Assembly (NCBI GenBank): GCA_964304625.1
Contig: OZ199838.1
Coordinates: forward strand, 13,865,002-13,929,001
Source: Kudoa neothunni
Lineage: Eukaryota > Animalia > Cnidaria
Direction: 5' to 3'
DNA: 64,000 bases
A program made the position numbers and the translations under genes. The stretch's first letter is position 1, and each line of letters begins with the position of its first letter. Shown one piece after another: positions 55,002 to 64,000 of this stretch. The notes under the pieces were generated by a model. That model was not told the DNA's origin. It did not search any database and saw nothing but the letters and a program-made list of their open reading frames with translations.

Positions 55002-57298
55002 TTAATGTCTAAAATAATAGATAGCAGACAAAACAGAGCCACCTAAAATAATTGCCGCTATCCAGAGAAATAGACGATTCAGCATCTTTTTGGAAAAGGT
55101 AGATACGAAATTTGGTAGGGACTTTGCTTTAGGATGAAATGATTGGAAAGCGTTATTATGGTAGCTTTGGTTAGGCACTTGAATCTTCGGTGAGCATAGT
55201 TTTGGATTGTTCGCACACTAAAGTTGGTGTGATAATATTTACCATTCGAGATAAGCCTTACCAAACATGGACAACTATTAAAACACGGACATAACTCCTT
55301 TAATGCTAATTTATATCTGATTTTATCCAGAATTCGGGCTTTTGAATCTTCCAAAATAACTATAATAACCAAAGTTAGATTAACTATATTCAATAGGCAT
55401 CAAATACTGTCGCAAAAAATGTGCTGGTCACTATCAATAGGATCTTTGAAATAGAGATAAAATTCTTTCGGTTCTCGAGTTTCTGCAAACACTACAATTT
55501 GTTGTGTACGCTGGGTTTTGTCGAGAAAATCCTCACAGTCTTTAATCACTAACTATTATGACAATTTAAACAATCATGATCGAAAAAATAAATCTTTTAT
55601 AACAAACTTACATAATATAATGCTGGCTTTTCCCCTTTGTTACTAACAATGATTGTAAGTGGGTTGCCATGAACGCCATTTGATTTCTTTTGGGCCACGA
55701 AAATTGAGTCAATTTTTCCCAATGTACTATAGAACGTAACCATCATCTATAATTGGACATAAAATGAATAACCGGTATGAAGTAAGTGTAACGTTGCCAG
55801 CCGGAATTTTCAGTGATAAAAGAACAGAGATAGACTCATCGAGAAGGAAACTTATTTTATCTTGCCCAAAATGTGACACATTGCCAAATGCACTAATTAT
55901 ATTTTTTGGTGGCAGGCCAGAGTTAATAAGTTTCTAAAAAATTATTATTATTATTATTATTATCATCATTTTATCCAAAAAGATACTTGATCATTTTCGA
56001 CAAGATGGCGAATTTGGTTGTTCAAGCAACTATCCGAAAAGTCAATTAAGCTAATAGGAAAGTATGCCTACTATGATTTTTGCTGTCTACATCCATACAT
56101 ATTGCCAGGAAGACCCTGTTTTATGAAAGCCTTGTGGCTTGTCCCAATTTTGTCGCAGAGTTCACCCCTTAAATCAACTTTGGATTTATCAATAATCATC
56201 AGTTGGGTTTTCTAGTCAGTATTAAAAATATTATCCCAAATTGAACCACCTTGACAAATGGAAACTGTGAAGGGGTTAACAGAAATTTTGAGGAAAATTT
56301 ATCAGTTTGGAACAACGGCATAAGTGAACCCAAAATTTCCCCCTTAAACTAACATTTTTTACTTCCTTTCAAAAAATGAAACAAAATTTACACCATGCAA
56401 GTTTGAGATTGGTTTTTTCGGTGAGAGAATTGTCTTATACATCAATGAATTTGAGGTTAAAATAGAGTCATTTGATTTTTTGTATATCTCAAGTCGAATA
56501 GTATAGTTGAAATCGAATTCGCCAAACTCATATACATTGTACCTAAATCAAGATAAATTAGCTCTAATTAAAAAAATAACATAAACATTATATTCGAAAA
56601 GACAAGACAGTGGTAAGAAGCACTGTTATCTTTGAATGAACCGCACGTTAGTTCACCCCTGCTGTAGGGTTGTTCACCGAAAAAATCGCTCCTCAATCTA
56701 TCTTTGGAGGTGCACCAACAGCAAAAATACTACAATCCTAATTATAAATTGCTTACACACAAAATATATACCTGAGAAGGATTGGTGCAGTAATAGCTCA
56801 AATTTTTATATGGATAAATGCAAGCTTTGGCGGGGCTGAGCGTTGCTTTCGTGCCCAATTGAATAATATTTTCCTGGACATATTCATCAATTTGACTCTA
56901 TAATTTGTTGAAATATGCGTTCGAAGTTCTTATTTTTTAGTGATACTTTTGTATCTTTTATGACATAGTTTAATGTGGGTTGAGAAAGCTGAAGTCTAAT
57001 TTGAAGAGGTTGGTCTAAGTTGAGGGGGTGTTTCTCTTCGCTCATTGTCCATACCAAATCATAAAATATATTTTGTGATTCAAGCGACTGTGGAATATCT
57101 TAAAAGAGTCAATAAAGTTTTAAAAATTTTCGAGTTGCTTGATAAAGCAAACAACAATGATATTCGTGGAACACATTCGGTATTTCTGCTATTACAACTG
57201 ATGAGAGTATTTTTGTGTAAGATATTTATATTTGATCCTCTTATCGAATTCAGCCACAAAATTAATACTCCACCTAGTGAAAATAAAAGCATTAACAT
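55002..57298 (-). CDS. HAP2: HAP2/GCS1 class II gamete membrane fusogen, 582 aa, 13 exons
   Basis: Exons 57298-57139, 57098-56947, 56897-56772, 56729-56587, 56542-56392, 56348-56250, 56211-56072, 56029-55987, 55933-55773, 55726-55612, 55552-55408, 55359-55262, 55217-55002 (1749 nt, all phases compatible). Signal peptide; SQYFCCWC; SRGELTC; SYHCLVF..YNVYEFG; MIIDKSKVDLRGELCDKIGTSHKAF..GC..YCLNNQ; domain III VSNKGE..KDC..FCDIILED; C-terminal TM helix. Confidence 0.9.
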
Positions 57299-58275
57299 TT
57301 TATTAACAATTCTACTTAACTTCTGGATACCAAAGGCATTTCTAAGACATTACTATGGCAAAACCACCAATTTAATTTAACCCCAACATAAAGTCTTTAT
57401 TTATGAATCTACCACAAACGAAAAGATACATTCATTCTTTTATAATAGCCACTACTTATTAATTAAAAACAACTTGAATAATAAAGTAATTGTTAAATCT
57501 TTTTCAAATAAAATATTAATTTTAATTTTGTCACCATATCGAATATTTATTTGTCGACTTTAATCAAATATCTTTCTGTTAGATATGACCTGCATTGCTG
57601 TAATGAATTTTTGCTCGAATCTTCGGACCGCCTTATAACCGACTAAAGACATTACCCCTTTTAAGATTTATTATATCACAAACTTTTTAAATGAATATAA
57701 GCAAAAACAACAGTAATTATTTGGTAAATAAATGATGTTTTTCATTAAATATTTTTAAACGACCTTGTATATTATATGAATAAAGTTTACCGAGGGAATT
57801 ATATTTTTTCTTCACGTTGTTATTTGCTTTTTATTTAAGAATTAAAGATATATCTTTACATAAATTTATTTCTTATACACTTTTTATAATTTAAAATTGA
57901 AATAAATCAATTGTTTCATCGTTAAATGCAATATATGTGATATTATAATCAGGCAATATTTTTCATCCCCTTTCAGTTTAATAGTTTATCGCTGATACGA
58001 AAGTCCCCTATATACTAATTTTTAAAAAATTAAAAAAAGGAATCCGCAATAAGAAAATTGTTCAAAATGCTAATTAATTGTTTGAAAATTATTGAAATTG
58101 TAAAATTTTATAATATACATACTTTTTGGTAAATTTATTTCTAGATATATAGCCACATCCAACTATTTATCTATGTACACGGATGCGCGAAACTGCATAA
58201 AGTTATTAAGTGATTAATTTTAAGCATTTATCGTCACCCTCCTAAGGAACTATTTAAATATGTTACCTACTGTAA

Positions 58276-60179
58276 TCTATTGTATATATAAAGTTCTTAT
58301 TGCTGTCAATGTGTGTTTGCAACAGTACGCATGTGCCACGGAGAAACTTTTTTAAAACATAGCTTTTAGATTTCATTTGAATGGATGATACCATTAAGAA
58401 AAATCACTCATTTACTCAGAAGTATAAATATAATCAATATTGGTATCAGAAGTAAGAAATTCTTTGGTTGTCAACTCAAAAAGCAGACTAAAAAGGGCCT
58501 GAATAATATTGATGTTTGTTTACTTCAGAATGATACTCAATTAAAATGAATTTTCATTCAACTTGTACAAAGAGAATCTGCCGATTATGGTGTATAATGC
58601 TTTAAAAGTGTTACATATGCCTGTTTGGAGTAATTTTAAGACAAATAAAACTATTATCGTCACATTTACAAGAGTTTTTGCATTTCCCTTCAAATTTGAA
58701 GCGTAACCAAATTATTCAGGATGTATTTTCATTTTTCAAGCATTATAGATACATTTTAAGAAAAAAGATTTATGATCATTTTAAATGAAACACATAATTT
58801 GAGATTATAGATTGTTGCCATCAATTAATAATTGGGTAGTTCTATAAGCATCCTAAAAACGATCTAAGATGTGTGTAGAGTTTTCAAATAATTAAATTTT
58901 TGTGATAACTTCTTAATGAAAATTATACTCTATTGGAATTCCTGAGATATGAAAATTTCTTTTTATCAAATATATCGATTGAGATTGAAATTATATTCAT
59001 CTTTTCGATAAGTTTTTACTCATTTCTTTGTTTTCCCAAAATTTCTTGAAAAACAGCTAGCATAACTAATTCGACAAGTTTCTATATTTGATGAGATAAT
59101 TTTTTAAATACTGTTTAAGTTCTTAGTAACCTAATTATTCCTTATCCCCAGACCTTAAGGTTAATATTCAAATCAATATATAATTTTCTTTTCGCTAAAA
59201 ACAGTTCATTATATACGATATAAAAGCTGCATGAAAATATGCGTCACCGCACTCTATACGTAATTTAAGAATTTATATTCACGATTACTTTTGCACAAAA
59301 TACAGTCCCCTCTCACTATGTGCCATGTAAATTGATAAGAAATTATTGGTCTATTAGATCTAACCGATATATTCACTTAGTTTTCGTTAATCTAAGAATC
59401 GTTCAATAAAAAGAAATTTTTTAGGGCAATCAAACAGTACGTTTATTTTTAAAAGGATGCACTCCTTCGAGAAAACCAGTTGATATTCAAGAATTAGTGG
59501 AATTTTCCAAACCAAAAACATCTTTACATTTTAGATTTAATCGTATTTTGATATTAAATTTGCATACTTTGGAATCATTATGTATTTTTGTTAAAATAAT
59601 GAATACGTAAGTTACCACTCACCGATTTTTAAAATATCATTGGCATCATTATAAAATTGCAAAGAAGGAGTAACAATTAATATTTATATTTCGGAGGCAT
59701 CTTAGATGGATATTATTTTTTTTATCGTTTGTAGACTAATCATAAATTTTATCACTAGAAGGATTAATTTTTATCGCAAAATTTTGAGAAGAACTTAAAG
59801 TCCTATTAAGTTACTTAGTGAATTTGTTTAATAAATGAATGAACTTTAATCGTTAATTAAATTGTTCATAAAATTAAGGTCAATATACTTTTGGTCAATA
59901 ATTTGTAAAATAAACTTAAAAATACTCACAAATTTCCTTCAATACCTCTAATTATATTTGAATTGAAAATGTGTGCATACTTTTGTTTAACTAAATCATC
60001 ACATTGCAAAGATAGTGACAAGCTTTGAAATGCATAAATTAAAATAGAAAAATAAAATTTACAGAGTTTAACGTGCTAGTTAGATTATATCTACCGTAGA
60101 ATTTCTCCATTCGAAAATAAAACAAAAAGTTAACATTTTCCATGAAATAATGCCAGTCAAAGTTGGACATTAGCGCTGG
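58276..60179 (+). mobile_element. Non-autonomous Helitron copy 2 (~1.9 kb, uninterrupted)
   Basis: A|TCTATTGTATATATAAAG start; GCCAGTCAAAGTTGGAC then CTGG|T end (CTRR); homologous to copy 1. Confidence 0.75.
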
Positions 60180-61129
60180 TAACAAATATAATAGCTTAAC
60201 CCCCTGAATTATTGTTACAATTGAACACTTCTTTTGTCAGTTTTCTCCAAAAAAACACAAAATAACAAGACTCTCGCCCATAAATATTTAAATTTAGACT
60301 TTATTTAGATAATGATAAAATAACAAAAATTTCACAAAAAATTTATCAATAAAAGAATAATGATAAAAAATTAGGAAGTACACATAGTCTCATCCTGACT
60401 CCACATAAACTAGCTCTCACACACGTCACAAAGATAAACCAACTTTATCAATCTTTCTAATATTTAAAAAGATAATACGTTTTTTTGGGGACAAAGACTC
60501 GAATGCGTAATAACCCTGCACTACTTAATACCCATATTTAGCGCCTGCGCATATAAGGAAAATTGAGTGGGCGCGCGACCACTTTTCTGTTTTTTATTTA
60601 TTCTCTCGTTTCACTAATAATAACTTTATTAGCGAGATGTGAAAAATTTTCGTGATTATTTTTTTATTGCTCACAGAGTATTTCGAAAATAAATAAGATA
60701 GTTTAAGATAGAATTATTTTTTCAACAGGAAATTTATTTTATTTTTTAAAAGGAAAAATTTAACTTTGTAATGTGTTCCAGCAGTTCGGTAAGATGGATC
60801 TTGAATAACTTCTTTATTTCTTTTAGATTTTCTATTTAATTTGTTCATTTTTAGAATAACTCTCGAAGCTAACTCATGGAACTATCCACGAACGACAGTT
60901 ATAGGATTATTGTCTTTCATGTCGTCCTTTATGCCGTTGGCTAATTTATTTCTCTATTATATTGCACTATCTGGACAGCTCGATATATCTTGTTATTGAA
61001 AGTTCGATCCATTCATTCTTCTATCGAGTAGTTGGAATTTTTTATGAGTTTTGCAATGAAATCTCAAATCACTTGAAATAAAGTCTGCAAATATTTTTGA
61101 TTTTATGATACAATTGTATTCAATGAGGT

Positions 61130-61620
61130 GATTGATTTAAAGCCGGAGCGCCTAACGATGTTCGCTTTAAAGTCGTTCTCAGTTCCTAGTTTTTCCGATT
61201 ATTTAATAATCTACACGTTTTCTTCAAGTAAACGATGATTTTTCCAATTTTCTTACTGCGTACTAACCGTGCCAATGTAAACAAACAACAGATTTCAGGT
61301 TCGTAAAACCATGAAATGAGCAATAAGCATGCACTCTTATTTTTCCCAACGAAAAAATTATTTCTTAACTCCATACTTATATTTATCGACATATTTTACA
61401 TTTTACTCTTATCACACGATTTATATCTATTGTTAATTGGTATATTTTGAATTTTCGACATTGTTTCTAAATGTGCGCAATAACCATGCTACGTAATAAC
61501 TCTGCGCTATTGTACATAATTTTTTTAAAATATAACATTTTAGGCGAACTAAATCTCGAGAGTTAATGACCATTATCATAGATGAGAAAATTATCCAAAT
61601 ATTAAAATAGGGCAACACGA
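61130..61620 (-). pseudogene. Probable Merlin/ISXO2-like transposase N-terminal remnant
   Basis: LRNNFFVG..CLLLISWFYE....IIVYLKKTC resembles SIR.NSFF....ILL.IY.W..E...W..YLREVC; heavily decayed. Confidence 0.4.
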
Positions 61621-61740
61621 TAAAAACCTCAATGATTACAACAAAAATGTATTACACCAAAAGTGAATTAACAATGAAAGTTTTCATACTGCTTACACGA
61701 GCCCTCTTGAAACGTTAAGTGAACCTAACGATACTTATTC

Positions 61741-64000
61741 TTATTGGTCAGGAGAGTTGTTTTGTGTTGGAGCCTCTGCGTTGCTGTCATGAGCAGATTG
61801 CTGTAAAGCGTATCGAAGCAAATCGGCAGATGCACTAAAAGAGATAAATAATTCTTAAAACAAAAAGCTGTTTAAAAACCTTTCAACAAAATCCAAATTA
61901 GCCATCACTGTCATTTGATTAGGATCATCGCTATTACGGGTGGATCCATTTTCGAATCTTCGGTTGTTTGGTGAGTAGATGATTGGAGCAGACAATTCAG
62001 TCGCTGTATTGGGTGTACTTTGTTGAGTAGCGATACTAAAGCAACAACAATGAGATTGCTGCGAATCTTTTAATCTTTTAATTTCGTCGTTCTGTTCAAC
62101 AACAGTGCTACGTAGTTTGATTAGTTGTGAATTGATAGTATCAATTTGAGAGTTTAATTCATGTAGCGAATCACTGACAGTGTTGAGAAATGGTGAAACA
62201 AGATTCTTCAACTTGAAGAATTGTTGATGGAAATGCTCCATTGTTTGGTCCCCATTAGTCATTGCTCCAACAGCTGACGTGTTAGCATTGCTAGTTCTAC
62301 TTTTGGTGGTAGTAGTGATATCAGTGTGGCTCGGATTGAGACTTATATAGGAAGAATCATTTGATGTAATATTTCCAAGATGACCGTGGATAGGGGGGGT
62401 TTGATGTAAAGGAGAATTTTTATCGGTAAAACTATCAAAATTTTGATCTGGAATGGATTTGGTGGTGGTATTGTCAGCATCAACACTAATCAACACATGG
62501 TGATCCTTAATGTGCTGGATCAGTTGATGAATGTACTGAAATATCGTTTCATCTTTCTTTTTGGAACAATCATTCCAACAGCAAACATAAGCCACTTCGC
62601 TATTGTCCATATTCTCAATGATGTTTGCTGATGAACGTTTAGGCGAAAATCGATGAATTTTCATAATATGATCCAACGTTTGATCGTTGGTTTGAAAATG
62701 GGTGTTACAATTATCCCATTTACAAATGCAGCTGAGAGTGTCCACCTGTGGCTCATAAGTGGTTGAATGAACCTGACGTTTGGCGGGAACTGAATAAGAG
62801 TTTGAATTACCAGTTGTATCAGCAGATGAGGTATATTGAGAAGATTTTGGGGTGGATATTGATAGAATTGATTTTCTATGGGTGGATGAACGACGTTTTT
62901 TGTTGCCAGTAGCGCTAAGTGTGGAATCATCATTTCTAACTTCCGAGTTAGGTACACTTGCTCGCTTTTCGTTAATCTTGAGAACCTCTTTAAGCAGAAA
63001 AGGTGAGGGTACTTTGTAGATTTTGTCTGTGTCTTCTGATTTCAAAGAAATGCACTCATCATAAATCATATGAGGATGTGAATGGATTTTATTTCGAAAG
63101 GGTTTGCTCTTACGTATTTGGTTAGTTTGTAGGTTGTATGATGATTCGCACAGAAAAACGTCAGATGCATTATGCAAGATTGGATATCGAGAGTAGTAAT
63201 AATTGGGGTGGATTACAAAACAATTCGAATAGATACAATCAATATTTTGTATCACTTCCATGTTAGTTTTGAACACTTCGTTAGGGTAGAACATTCGAAA
63301 AGCTGTGTGTTTGAAATCGTCAGGAAAATACAAAATAATAGCTTTGAACATGTATTGGCCCTGCTTGTCCTTCCAAATGTCGATAATTTTGCCAACAGTG
63401 AGTTCATCTTCTTTATCGTAGAGATAGACATATTGATCTTTGCGATAGAAGGTGTCATTCCAAGCAACTTGAAGGTAATGAACTAGGCCATCATCACTCG
63501 TCAATCCTGTTGTGATATCTTTAATTGAACGAGCATTGTTAATCGTAAGAGAATTTTTCAAGTTAGAGACATCGTAGGTATGTATATTTTGAGATTTTCG
63601 GTTGGTGGCTTCTAACGTAACGCAGCGATTGAAACGATCGGCAGATTTAATTGCTTGATCATGAGTAGGATCTTGGTTAGTCGACGATTTTGAAAAATTT
63701 TCAATAACTGGTGCAGGAGGATTCACAAAAAACTGATGGATGAAAAAGTATTCGTCCGATTCATAGCTGTAAAAATGATCGTAAAATGACACATCGGTGT
63801 AGGTATTAGGCAGAAGCATGTGGAATGGAGAGTAAAAGATATTATCAACTTTTGATTCAATTTCAGTCACTGGATAAATCACGAGATGATCAGTCACAAT
63901 CAACTCCTAGTTTACTAATCAAAACACCACAAAGAACACGCTTATAAACATACCGACTTAAAATAGTTGCGGGTGTATTTTCGAGGTAAATCCACATAGT
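61741..64000 (-). CDS. PBRM1: Polybromo-1 (BAF180)-like, 3' part: end of BAH1, BAH2, two C2H2-like fingers, coiled coil; 5' end outside window
   Basis: Exons >64000-63954, 63906-61880, 61834-61741; BAH2 YVYL..VGKIIDIWKD..MFYPNEVFKT..DVFLCES; CKWDNC..HIMKIH and CCWNDC..HIKDHH as in invertebrate polybromo. Confidence 0.82.

Noticed and set aside
57330-57389. Alternative HAP2 start through 8-nt and 11-nt micro-exons (MLGNAFG)
   Set aside because: Possible by splice signals, but ATG 57298 gives a better signal peptide with no extra introns; needs transcript data.

Overview
AT-rich eukaryotic (animal-like) genomic DNA with fast-evolving genes broken by many 36-70 nt GT-AG introns and a dense load of decayed DNA transposons. 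The intron style, divergence and presence of HAP2 would fit a reduced parasitic cnidarian (Myxozoa), but that is inference only. Genes reconstructed by manual splicing: HIRA (-), a 168-aa orphan coiled-coil gene (+), a truncated Rabenosyn-5-like gene with a degenerate FYVE finger (+), a MARK/PAR-1 kinase (+), a POLDIP3/ALYREF-like RRM gene (+), myo-inositol-1-phosphate synthase (+), and the 3' part of polybromo-1 (-). The key result is almost invisible in the ORF track: an intact 13-exon, 582-aa HAP2/GCS1 class II gamete fusogen (55002-57298, -) with a GC-AG first intron, shortened loops and essentially no cytoplasmic tail. Mobile DNA includes Tigger/pogo elements (some apparently intron-containing), hAT elements each with a nested piggyBac, two solo LTRs with 5-bp TSDs, two non-autonomous Helitron copies (filled vs empty Tigger site, mosaic identity), Merlin remnants, MITEs and a near-perfect inverted repeat with ~350-bp arms.
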